DNA from: Takakia lepidozioides
Lineage: Eukaryota; Plantae; Bryophyta
Assembly: GCA_030704615.1 (NCBI GenBank)
Contig: CM060732.1
Coordinates: 8,866,001-8,930,000 of the forward strand
Direction of reading: 5' to 3'
DNA length: 64,000 bases
In this document: one piece after another, positions 51,506-63,533 of the stretch
How positions within the stretch are numbered: the first letter of the stretch is position 1
How the letters are laid out: the number at the start of each line of letters is the position of its first letter
Translations under genes and position numbers: made by a program
The notes under the pieces: generated by a model
Databases searched by the model: none
What the model was told of the DNA's origin: nothing
What the model saw: the letters and a program-made list of their open reading frames with translations, nothing else

Positions 51506-54500
51506 ATGGGGTCGGGCAAGCCAAAGCGAAAGCGGAACGGCCCAAAAGATGATGATCCTGGTGAGCCCGATGGGGGCGACGTGTCACCGAAGCGGCCGTT
51601 TGAGGAAGCGACGTGTCACCGAAGCGGCCGTTTGAGGAAACGACGCAGGTTTCTGAAAGCGAGGCCGCTCAAGAGCGGGAGGAATCCGAGGAGTTGGAGC
51701 CCGAGGAATCCGTGAGAGCTCCGACCGACCAACAGATGCCTCCCATGCCGGCAGCCTTTTGGGAAGGGTTGTTGGCGCACTTTGGCGGGACGTTGAAAGA
51801 CGTGTTGAAGGCGGCTAATGCCACTTCCACTAAGGCAAAGTTTAAGGTGAAGCCTAAGGAACCCGGCACCTTTGAGGGCGTCCGAAATCGGAAGGCACTC
51901 AACACCTGGCTCCTGGAGCTAGAGCAGTACTTCTGGGCGGCCAAGTTGAGTGACGAGGATCGGGTGGAAGTGGCTCCCACCTATTTGAGGGCCTATGCTC
52001 AACAATGGTGGCAGAAACGCCTTCACGATCGAGGCCCAAGCCCGGAAACCTTGAACTGGAGTGGGTTCAAGGAATTGATGAAGAGACAATTTGTGCCCCT
52101 CAACGCGTCCTGGCTTGCCCGGGACAAGATGAGGAATTTGAAGCAAACAGATGACATTCGGGGGTATGTCCAGCTTTCAATGTGCTGTTGCTCGAAGTCG
52201 CGGACATGGCAGAACCAGAAATGGTCTTCAACTTTGTGGCGGGACTGGCCCCATGGGCCAGGCGGAAGTTGGAGGAGAAGCCACCCAAGACTTTGAACGA
52301 GGCAATTGAGAGGGCTGAATGTTTCTCGGATGTCCCTAGGGGTGAGAGACAAGGCCGTACGGAGCTGAACCACAAGAAGACCCGGCGGGAAGGTGACTCT
52401 TTCCGACCGGAAAAGAAGTGGGATAGGCCACGCGGCGACAATGGCACGTGGAAATCGAAGGGAGGGCCTTCACACGTCAAGGCGACACCCGGTGCTTCGA
52501 AAGGAAAAGCGGGTGGAGCGGCTTATGGCGGACAGAAGGCGACCTTTGATGGAGTGTGTTTCAATTGCGGGGAGCCCGGGCACATGGCCAAGAAGTGCAC
52601 GAAGCCCCGGCAATTGAACATGACTCGGGCGACCACGGAGCTGTCGGAAGATACCATCAGTCGCTTGGTGGAAGCGGTGGTCGCCAGGACTTGCAAGGTA
52701 GGCAAATTTTCTTGTGAGTTGTATCAGGAAACGGCGCCTTACGAAAAGGGAGTCAGTTTGTTCGTGGATGGGATAATATCCGGAACTAATGTGTCGTTGT
52801 TGGTGGACACAGGAGCGTCGCACTCCTTCATGACACCGGCAACGGCACAAAGCTGGGACTCCCGACAAGTGACGTGGGGGCCTCTATTGAGGTGCGTTCT
52901 GCCAAAGGAGAACCACAGTTGGCGACAAGGTTGGCGTTTGATGTTCCTCTTCACTGGGGAGTTGGGAGGGACGTGAGAACTTCACCATCTGCGAGATCAA
53001 TGGAGTAGATCTCATTTTGGGGATGACCTTTTTGAGCAAATCCGGGCGGTCATAGATGGCCGCAAGAGAGTAGTCACGCTGCCATGTGGGAATGGTGGCG
53101 AGGTCTTACGAGTGTCGGAAACGCCCAAATCCGTGGGAGGGCGAATAAACCTTCTGTCAGCAAGGGAGTGGGCCGTGGAGGAGGCACACGAACCCAGTTT
53201 TGCTTTACATTAGAGAAGTGAAGGGAGAAGGCGATGGGGAGCCGAGCCCAGATTGGATCAAGGGGATTTTGGAGAAATACTAGGATGTGATGCCGGAGGA
53301 TTTACCAAACGGCTTGCCACCGCGAAGAGGAGTTGACCACAAGATTGAGGTGATACCGGGAACGGAACCGCCTGCCAAGGCACCCTACCGGTTGAGCCAC
53401 AGGGAGTTGGTCGAGCTGAAGACTCAGCTTAAGGATCTAATGTCAAAGGGGTACATCCGGCCGAGTAAGTCACCTTACGGAGCCCCGGTGCTATTCGCAG
53501 ACAAGAAGGATGGGACGCTGCGGATGTGTGTCGATTACAGGGCTTTGAATAAGGTGACTATCAAAAACCGGTACCCTTGCCAAGGATGACGACCTCTTCG
53601 ATCGGTTGGCAGGAGCGAAGTATTTCAGCCGGATCGACTTGCGCTTCGGCTATCATCAAATTCGGGTGGCGGAAGGAGATGAGGAGAAGACCGCGTGCAG
53701 GACAAGGTATGGTTCATATGAGTTCTTGGTGATGCCTTTTGGGCTCACCAATGCACCAGCGACATTTAGCACGTTGATGAACAGCCTTTTCAGGAGTGGT
53801 TGGATGACTTTGTGATCGTGTACATCGACGACATCTTGGTGTACTCGAAAACAAAGGAGGAGCACCTGGAGCACCTCAAAAGGGTGTTCCAAAAATTGCG
53901 AGAAGGGAAGCTGTATGCCAAAGCTTCAAAGTGCAAATTCGGGGTCACGAAAGTGGAGTTCTTGGGGCATGTGATTACACAGGATGGGATCAAAATGGAT
54001 GACATAAAGGTGAGGGCGATCTTGGACTGGGAGCCTCCGATTTCGGTCCTGGGAGTGCGATCCTTCCTAGGACTCGCCTTCTATTACCGGAAGTATGTGA
54101 GAAATTTCGCCAAGATCGCGGGGCCGCTGTCAGACCTTCTGTGTAAATCCAAAGTCTGGGTATGGAATACATTTTGTGGCCAAGCTTTTGCTGAATTGAA
54201 GCAGCGGATGGCGGAAGCTCCAGTCTTGAAAATCCCGGAGTTCGATCGTCCATTTGAGATTCATACAGATGTGTCGGACTTCGCGATTGGGGGTGTACTT
54301 ATGCAAGATGGACGTCCAGTGGCTTACGAAAGTAAGAAACTGAATGAAGTGGAGCGACGGTGGCCGACGCACGAAAAAGAGATGAAGGCGGTGGTGCATT
54401 GCCTTGAGCTTTGGCGCCACTATGTTGGTTCTAACCCAGTGAAGGTGTTCACGGACAATGTCACAGTGAAGTATTTTGCCACGCAGCCCAAGTTGTCCCC

Positions 54501-56089
54501 AAAACAACTTAGGTGGCAAGATACTTTGGCGGTGTTCGACGTGGATATCCAGTACAAACCGGGACGGGACAATGTGGTGGCCGATGCTTTAAGTAGAAAG
54601 CAGCAGCTCCTGTTGGTGTACAGGGGCGAGACGGCACTCCAAAGGAAGATCCGGAAGGCTTGCCGGAAGGATGAGCTAGCGAAGTCCGTGATGCAGGACT
54701 TGAGGATGGGGGTTAAATCGCAGTTCCACTTGCAAAATGGACTGCTCCGGTATAAGCAAAACGTCTCTACGTGCCAAAGGGAGGGATCAGAGATAGCCTC
54801 TTGAGAGAATGCCATGATAGCCCGCTTGCGGGCCACGGCGGAGCCAAGCGCACTGCGGCACTCCTGAAGAAAGAGTATTTCTGGCCCAAACTGAGGGAGG
54901 AGGAGGAGAGGAGTATGTCAAGACATGCACCACATGCCAACAAAACCGGAGCGAGTTCAAAAAGCAAGCGGGGCTGTTACAACCCTTGCCGATTCCAGAG
55001 GGGACTTGGGAAAGCGTCTCGATGGATTTCATGACTGCTATGCCGCTGTCAAAAGGATTCGATGCAATCATGGTGGTGGTGGATAGGTTCAGTAAAATGG
55101 GCCATTTCATCCCCACCAAGGAGACGGCAACGGCGCAGGAGACAGAGCGACTTTACTTCGCCCACGTCTTAAAGCATCATGGAGTCCCGAAGGATATTGT
55201 CTCGGACCGCGATCCAAAGTTTACGAGTAAATTTTGGAGGACACTTTGGAAGAAGATGGGGACGAGGCTGAAGATGAGCACGCCTTCCGACCTACGACGG
55301 ACGGCCAAACGGAAAGAGTGAATTCCGTAGTGAAGCAATTCTTGCGGAATTACGTGTCGGCAGACCAATCAGACTGGATGGAACACTTAGACGCGACAGA
55401 GTTCTGTTATAATAACACAGAAACACTCCGCAACGGGAGTTTCCCCTTTCGTATTGGTCTATGGAAAAGCACCTCTGGTGCCGACAAGTTGGGCCGCCCA
55501 GGACGTTGAGGAACCGGCAGTAGCGGCGGTATTGGAAGAATGCGAGCGTTTGTTGAAGCTCGCAAAGTACAAAATTGCCAAAACTAGGAAACGGTATGAA
55601 AGGCAGGCGAATCGGAAGCGGAGGGAAGTGAAGTTTGAGGCAGGTACAGAGGTCTGGTTGAACATCAAGAATTTCCGACTACCTTCGGAAGTGAGTCCGA
55701 AGTTCGTACCTCCGTATGCGGGACCCTTTCGCATTCGGAAGGTTATGAATGAGGATGTGTATGAATTGGAGCTGCCGGCAAACAGTAAGGTGCACCCAGT
55801 ATTCCATGTATCCCTTTTGAAGCCTTACTTCAAAGATGAAGCGCGTCCGAATCGGCATCAAGTGTTGCGTCCACCACCTATGCTGTTGGATCATGAAAAT
55901 GAACCTGAGTACGAGGTGGAGGCAATACTTAAGTCGAGGAGGTTCAGGAACCGAGAAACGGAGTATCTCGTCAAATGGAAGGGCTATCATCATGTGGAGG
56001 CATCTTGGGTGCGTGCCTCAGAAATGGGAAACGCATTCGAGGCGGTTGCAGCTTTCAAAGGGCGACCTCAAAAGCGGAAGAAGCGTTGA
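51506..56089 (+). pseudogene. gag-pol polyprotein with chromodomain (multiple frameshifts)
   Basis: CFNCGEPGHMAKKC; LVDTGAS; [12 protein letters not shown]; YIDDIL; HTD.SDFAIGGVLMQDG.PVAYESKKL; SMDF, SDRD; YEVEAIL...YLVKWKGY...ASW. Confidence 0.92.
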
Positions 56090-56126
56090 TGTGGACATCA
56101 ACCTTGGAGCGTGGGGGGGGAGGAAA

Positions 56127-56709
56127 TGCATGCTTAGCCCGGCTTAGCTAGCTCAGGAATCCAATTGCAAAAACTTGTATTGTACAAAATTTGCTTTAAA
56201 TGAAATGTTTCGAAATGTTGTGCTTCCTATTTTGTTTGGAATGGCGATGCATGGTATGGTTGGCTAGTGTGGTAGGCATGCTAGCTTACAAAAGCGGGAG
56301 AGGTAAATTGGGTTAATCGTGTGTTTGCACAGTGCCAAAATCGGGTGACTCCCATCCAAGGGGCAAGGAAACTTGCGCCTTCTTTGGGAGTTCACGTGCT
56401 AGTGCGCACCTGGCGCGTGCGCGTACTATAACTGCGCTACCGAGGGGGTTGCCTTGTAGTGCGGGCTAACGCGGAAGCTACGTGCTTCCGTTCACGTACT
56501 ATAATGTTCCGGACTGCCATCTACCAAAGGGAATTCTCCTAGTCCCAAATAGGTGGAGGGTTTAGTGGGAAGCGAAGGGGGACCGTTATGTCCCGGTGAG
56601 CAGCTGAAGCTCCAAGTTGGCCCGGGCGGCCAGGTTGGGAGTCAGGCGCGCGCATCAAAGCGAGTAACTATGACTTGAAGGGGAGCTTACCGAAATGAGG
56701 TGCGCGACA
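56127..56709 (+). repeat. 3' LTR (583 bp) following PPT ggggggggaggaaa
   Basis: 56505-56709 matches 51245-51450 (about 3 substitutions, 2 indels); 56127-56504 has no counterpart in the 5' LTR. Confidence 0.75.
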
Positions 56710-58355
56710 CATCCACACATTATAACATGGCCCTTCAAATGTTGCGAATTAAAGCATAACGAGAATTTGCAGAACATCATAGAACAAGATTTTGCATACC
56801 TGTCCCACAGATGAGGTCGAGCACTGTGCCCTCCACGTCAGTGCATGTCTCCATAATTGTCTGAATGAAGGCAGGGCTTCGAGTCCGTGAATACCGCAGG
56901 GGTTCCGTTGAAGTGAGGCTATGAGGGAGAAGTTCCGTGGGATTGTTGTTGAACAGGACGTCGTAATCGATGGGGTCGCAGTTTGGGTCAACCAACAATC
57001 CCTCCTTCCGAAAACCAAAGGTGGAGTTCTCCTTCACAAAGCAGTATGCATCGAACTGCTTCGTCTGCATACACAGTGGGGAACGATTAGAAATCGAATG
57101 CAGCACCGCATTTCAAAACACCTAAGAAAATGAAAGGACGAGTGCTAATGTCGTAATTACCTTCTTCCCTTCCGACCGAAGGCCCAATGTGTTGATGCAC
57201 GTCCACTTCTTCTTCAGAATTGGGACGGCGCTCTTGCGGGTCCACTTCGCAATTCTGTCTGCGTGTTTTTGCCTCTGCTCGCCAAGACAAACCACACAGC
57301 CTCTTCGTCCAACACCATGCGGGCGAGCCCGAATCCTTTCTTCCAAAAGTCCTCGGAGTACCTGTTCCAAGATGGCAAACCTTGCAGTCCTTCCACAGGC
57401 TCTCCGTCCGGAATATCCAGATGATCATATCGCAAGACCACTCGGTGGCATTTCCGCCCCTCCTACAATCCTTGTCTGCACACACCCTCTCAAAAGAACG
57501 AGACCATCTTCAGAAACCCAGGGGTGTTGGAAGGCTCTTCGGCAGCCGCCTTCTTCAGTGCTCTGCCCTTCAGACCCTCCATGGTCTTCATGTAGCCAAC
57601 TTGGCTGCCCGTCCATCCAAAGCCGCCAAGAAACTCTCATTTTACACACTGGACTACTGTATCGGGATCCACTTTCGGCCTCTTAATTTCCACTGGCTCG
57701 AAAGGGTGCCCCCTCGGGGGGTTGAAGAGTGCCTTCTTTGCCGAGCCTGTTCTCGTCCCTCTCGTGACAATGGTGGGCACATGGGATTTTGGCTGCGTTT
57801 CGGGGGGTGGGCTGGTTGCAAAGTCTCCATCGGAGTCCTCTTTGTCACCCTCTTCCTACTCTATCTGTTTCTGCTTCTTCGTTTTCTTTGGTGTCACAAC
57901 TGCTGCTCCTTGCTGGCAAGTCCTCTTCTTCGACCCCTTCTGTTGAGCCTGCACAGCTGCATCCACCGACTTCTGTGCCATCTCAACTGCCTTTCTGGAT
58001 TGTTCCAGAGCAGCAGCTTTCTTTGCCGACTCTGGCCCAGCAGGGACACGTCTTTCCTTTCTCTTCTCTTCTGCTTTCGCGTGCAGATCTTTCTCAGACT
58101 CGTCAACAATTCCGCCAGACATGTCCAGGTACCACGGGCATCCAACGAGATGCGCGGCATGCCATTGTTTCTACATCTCGGGTGTGTAGACACAGCTTGG
58201 GCCCACCACGGTCCAAGCCATGAAGAACGGGGGCTCTTGAGCCAGGGCCCCTAGTCTGAAGAAGCACGTATTTCATATACCTTCAGGGCAGTCAGCATGC
58301 ATGAGCAAAAGTTGAGACCAACGTACTCGCAGAGTGCAACCGAAAACAACAAATT

Positions 58356-60384
58356 TGAGCTAGCAACAAATTTGGTAGTGTAGTGAGATAGACTCTGCAT
58401 CCAATGGAATCCACAGGATCTCTCTTTCCCCTCCATTGGAACATTGGGGTCCTCACCATACACACGCCGCACCGCTGCCTAGTTGGCCTGAGCGTTGTCT
58501 GCCATGAATCCCCTGAAATTGGGCTTTGGAAAACCCGCCCTTTCCATCTGCTCGTTTATGCCCTCCCACAGATGCATCTCCGACTGTGTGTCCTCCCCTT
58601 TCATCTCGCAGATTGCAATCGTCATGAGCCTCTTGGAGTGATAGTCATAAACATGTGCACCCATAGTCACCCACTGATGGTTTGTAATTCGCTTGATGTG
58701 ATCAACATCACCCAAGCATTCGACAAGTTTCCAGTTGTCATGCGAGTGACCAAGTCGACTCCACTCCTAGGCCCACACGTCGACATTTTAAAAATGTAAC
58801 AACGATCGGATTCGTTGCCTTGCCCTGGAAACTTGCTACCTTGGATGTAGTCATATCCAGTCATTCGTTTCACCTCCAAGATTGAGTGCATGTCCGACCC
58901 CCCGCCGAACTCCTGCTTGCAAGATATGATGTGATTCCACACATTCGGACTACAAACGTGCGAGACGGACTCCAACAGGTCAAGCATCTCCTCTTCGTTC
59001 AAGGGCACTCGGTCTGAAACCATCTTCAGACATGATTTTGCCAAGAGCAATCTTGTGGGCTGCCTTGAGCTGAATCTGGCTTTGGTCTGGCTCCGGGGCT
59101 CAATTTCACCTCATCTTTATGATGTCGTGTGCTTCCTGCACAGCCTCCCGCATGTTGCCTCTCGCCAAGGGGTGGAAGTTTACCCCAACGTGTATGCAAG
59201 CTCTAGTCAAGTCCAGGAGCAAATGGATTACGTAATATTGCTTGGCTCTGCACATGGACATGCACGTCGGTGGTTCTTTGCAATGTGCGCACTTGAAAGT
59301 ACCTGCATAAGCTTGGTTGGAGACAATGAATGGATGATGGATTGTGCCAGTCCAATCCGTCTCGTTTCTCCACCCTCCTTTGGAGAGAAAGTGGAAGCAG
59401 GCGGGATTGAGGCACCTCAGCTTCCCCGCACAGAGGACGTATCGTACACGAACACCATCAGCAATTTTCGTGCTACTGGTCTTCGGCACACACCAGGGGT
59501 GTCCGTCATGCTTTCGATCCATGTCTGTTAATCCTGAGGCTTTCTTTGACGAAGTAACAGGTGGAAACTCAAAGATGACATTGCCATCGACTTTGGGAGG
59601 CAGATACGTTACCTTCCTGACTGGAAATTTGGCATAGTCGAGAGCAACCAGCTCGGAGTGAGAACCATCGAGGTGATGTTGCCATAGGAGCTGTACAATG
59701 GACCGGGTTGGAGTTATGCTCGAGGGTACATGCGTAGCACCTGCAGAGACGTCCATGTCGGATTTGAACGACCGTGTGGAGGACATGGCCCACCTCAATG
59801 CACTCATCTTCCTCATCGGAAATGTCGAATACGTCCACACGAGAAGCTATGGAGGGTCTTGACGGTCGAGGTCGGGAATGATTATCGTTGCATACCTCTC
59901 TGTTGGCAGTGGCCGCCTGTCGGTTTCCCGACTCCTTTGTGGATGGTGTGGGGAGCGACTGATTCGGAAAGGGAATGGGCATTCCCACAGCTCGGTACAG
60001 GATGGTGTCTGATGGGGGTACGTGCCATTCGATTCCGCAACCTCCGTCATTACCTAGCACGACAATGGTCTCGTCAACCTGTCCAGGAACATCCTTCCTT
60101 TCTTCTTCCAAATAAACTGTGCCCGGTTTGAGCTTGAATTTGGAACGAAGGTAAGTTTCAGTCACTTTGCAAAGTCCTCCCTCGTTTGGCATCCAGGCTC
60201 TCCCAAGTTGCGGAGGACAGCAAACTATAGCATAGGAATTCGGAGCCATCGAACACCGCACGAAGTTGGCAAGTGCGATGTTCACTATAGCGACAGACCA
60301 AGGCTCAAAGGCACCATGCAAGTGGATCTGTGGAGTCCATCGACGATTGGAAGTCGCACATTGAAGTGGAAAGTATTGTTTCAA
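58356..60384 (-). pseudogene. 3'-truncated, frameshifted GCM-like/MULE transposase (copy 2)
   Basis: ORFs 59569..60384, 59106..59840, 58667..59050 and 58479..58715 match the 636-aa ORF; breaks off after YTTKFVAS. Confidence 0.85.
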
Positions 60385-60639
60385 GGTACATGCATGAAGG
60401 TGGGAGGTGTGATTCCATATCCACTAAGTATGACAATGATGGCCGATTCAGCGACGAAATAACATCTCCAGACAGTTTCTCCTGAGGGTGGATCAAACAG
60501 TATTCGCGGTGCAAACATGATTGTTCGCACTGACAATTGCCAAGACTGTTAGTTAAAACGGTTACACAACCAAGTTGTGCTCATTAACACAGGCCGCAAT
60601 TGTGTTGTTCCGGAACAATGCAGCCCATTGCACATGGTT

Positions 60640-62990
60640 GAATGGGAATGCGGTCCCGCATCGCAGTTCGACATCATCCTCTCGTTGATTGTGATTGGAA
60701 ATTTCCGTCAACAGGGAAACCAAAATACTGGTGCAACGGAAATCCGGTACCACATTTTAGTCCACTATCGAAGCAGGCCCATGGTAAACGGAAATGCGGT
60801 ATCGCATTAAGGTCCAATGGGACTAGGAACACACGGTAGAAAATAATAGCGACAGCGCTTCGACTGGGACACTTTGGATAGGCAGGAACGGGAATGCGGT
60901 GCCGCATTTCCGTCCGGTCTCTTTCACTGGAATCCAGTGGACGGGAATGAGGTTCCGCATTTCCGTCCGGTGTGCTACTTTCGATTGCTGTTGGACGGAA
61001 ATATGGCGCCGCATTTCCGTTTTGCATCTTAGGCATGCAGCAGTGCGATGGAAATGCGGCACCGCATTTCCGTCCGGGGGAAACCTTTATGCTCTTCAGA
61101 ACAAAAATGCGGTGCCGCATTTTCGTCCAACAAGTACGGTATGTGACAGTGGAACGGAAATCGGTACCACATTTCCGTTAGGGGAGACCTTCATACTCTA
61201 CATGACGGAATGCGGTACCGCATTTCCGTTCAAATTGAAAATCGGGAACCATGTATCTCAGGCATGTAGCTGTGGGACGGAAATGCGGCACTGCATTTCC
61301 AACCGGGGGAGACCTTCATACTCTCCAGAACAAAAATGCGGTACCGCATTTCCGTTCAACAAGTAAGGTATGTGAAAGTGAAACGGACTGATTGAAAATC
61401 GTGAACCACGTACCTCAGGCATGCAGCTGTGGGACAGAAATGCGGCACCGCATTGCCGTCCGGGGGAGACCTTTATACTCTCCAGAACGGAACTGCGGTA
61501 CCGCATTTCCGTTCAACAAGTAAGGTATCTGAAAGTGGGACGGAAATGCGGTACCGCATTTCCGTTGTGACTGAAAATCGTGAACCACAGGAAGTGAAAT
61601 GCGGAACCGCATTTCCGTCCGAGTCGCACCTTCTGACATTCGACAACGAAAATGCGGCGCAGCACTTCTGTTTTGTATCTCAGGCATGGAGCTGTGGGAC
61701 GGAAATGCGGCACCGCATTTCCGTCCGGGGGAGACCTTCATACTCTCCAAAACGGAAATGCGGTACCGCATTCTTGTTCAACAAGTAATGTATGTGAAAG
61801 TGGAACGGAAATGCGTTACCGCATTTCCGTTCTGATTGAAAATCGTGAACCACTGGAAGTGAAATGCGGCACCGCATTCCCGTTGGAGTGGCACCTTCTG
61901 ACATTCCACAACGGAAATGCGGCGCCGCATTTCCGTTTTGTATCTCAGGCATGGAGCTGTGGGACGGAAATGCGGCACCGCATTTCCGTCCGGGGGAGAC
62001 CTTGATACTCTCCAAAACGGAAATGCGGTACCGCATTTCCGTTCAACAAGTAAGGTATCTGAAACTGGAACGGAAATGCGGTACTGCATTTCCGTTGTGA
62101 CTGAAAATCGTGAACCACTGGAAGTGAAATGCGGAACCACATTTCCGTCCAAGTCGCACCTTCTGACATTCAACAACGGAAATGCGGCGCAACATTTCCG
62201 TTTTGTATCTCAAGCATGGAGCTGTGGGACGGAAATGCGGCACCGCATTTCCGTCCGGGGGAGACCTTCATACTCTCCAAAAACGGAAATGCGGTACCGC
62301 ATTTCCGTTCTGATTGAAAATCGTGAACCACTGGAAGTGAAATGCGGCACCGCATTTCCGTTGGAGTCGCACCTTCCGACATTCCACAACGGAAATGCGG
62401 CGCCGCATTTCCGTTTTGTATCTCAGGCATGGAGCTGTGGGACGGAAATGCGGCACCGCATTTCCGTCCGGGGGAGACCTTCATACTCTCCAAAACGGAA
62501 ATGCGGCGCCGCATTTCCGTTTTGTATCTGAGGCATGGAGCTGTGGGACGGAAATGCAGCACTGCATTTCTGTCCGGGGGAGACCTTAATACTCTCCAAA
62601 ACGGAAATGCGGTACCGTATTTCTGTTCTGACTGAAAATCGTGAACCACTTGAACTGAAATGCGGCACCGCATTTCCGTCCGAGTCGCACCTTCCGACAT
62701 TCCAGAACGGAAGGGTTGCGCCGCATTTCCGTTTTGTATTCAGGCATGAAGCTATGGGACGGGAATGCGGCACCGCATTTCCGTCCGGGGGAATCCTTTA
62801 TACTCTCCCAAACGGAAATGTGGTGCCGCATTTCCATCCAACAAGTAAGGTATGTGTAACTTCGGGATGCTACTTAACGGAAATGCGGCGCCGCATTTGC
62901 GTTTTCACTCTAACTCATCATACGCTGGAACGGAAATGCCATGATATGTGAACACGTGGACCAACGGATTTGCGGCACCGCGTTTTCATG
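60640..62990. repeat. 53-bp palindrome-spacer array of copy 2
   Basis: Same palindrome and five spacer types; shorter, with a different spacer order from array 1. Confidence 0.95.
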
Positions 62991-63533
62991 TCTGCACTCT
63001 ATCTGTCTGAAGTGGCAGGAGGCGACGTAGATGGCAGGAGGCGACACAATGATGTTTGTTTTTCGGACGGTAGGCGTACCTTTGACGATTCGAATTTCGT
63101 AATGATGCATGGTCCACGAGGAGACACTTCCATCCCAGCCTTTTGAACCCAAGCGGTGCATCAGCGCCGTTTCATCTTCTTTTGTCGTGTCTACTCATTC
63201 ACCCCTCTGGCGCCCTTTCCATCTGCACTCTTCGCCCCTTTTCCGCATCTGTGTTCTTCTTATGCTCCAACCTGAGAGGGAGGAAGTTCCTACAGCAGAG
63301 AAGAGACATCGTCGCAAGCTCCGCAAGTTATACTTCGGGCGAAGGCCAATGCCGAAGGGGAGATAGCAGATGCGTCTTTAGGAGGAGATGGTCATCTCGC
63401 AGCAGCAGGCAACGCAGGCAACCCAGCCACAAGTGAGAGCTCCGTGCTATTGGGATGCGTGTATCTGATCGAGCACCGAACCCCTTCCTCATTTTTGTTG
63501 TTCAATTCATAGACTGTATGGTAGGACACTTGA

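Larger units (their letters stand above)
50722..56709 (+). mobile_element. Chromovirus LTR retrotransposon (Galadriel-like)
   Basis: TGTCGCG...CGCGACA ends; 5-bp TSD CATCC at 50717-50721 and 56710-56714; PBS; PPT; gag-PR-RT-RH-IN-chromodomain. Confidence 0.92.
46529..58357. mobile_element. Mutator-like element, other arm (now inverted)
   Basis: Terminus GGGGGCTGCTATTTCATGAGC plus CATGAGC repeats after TSD tagtcgga. Carries the same palindrome at ~47810, 48965-49800 and ~57095. Confidence 0.7.
49933..58357 (-). pseudogene. 3' half of the ParB-like gene: beta-class N6A/N4C DNA methyltransferase-like domain plus acidic tail
   Basis: Motif IV-like CDMII(L)DIPDG at ~57400-57435. RSPAFIQTIMETCT..GTVLDLICGT|GASMWA...RHLFAYEED across intron 50705-56799 (GT..AG), which contains the LTR element. 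Confidence 0.6.

Noticed and set aside
51506-56089. Programmed frameshifts in gag-pol
   Set aside because: Too many and scattered. They reflect decay or possibly assembly indel errors, which cannot be distinguished here.
51245-56709. Element defined by 205-bp TG...CA LTRs only
   Set aside because: Flanks GGAGC/CATCC give no TSD and the PPT is 378 bp upstream of 56505. The 50722 boundary gives a TSD, terminal inverted repeats and a restored intron.
57220-58254. 344-aa plus-strand ORF
   Set aside because: Antisense shadow of the Lys/Glu-rich minus-strand MTase-gene exons; no motifs.
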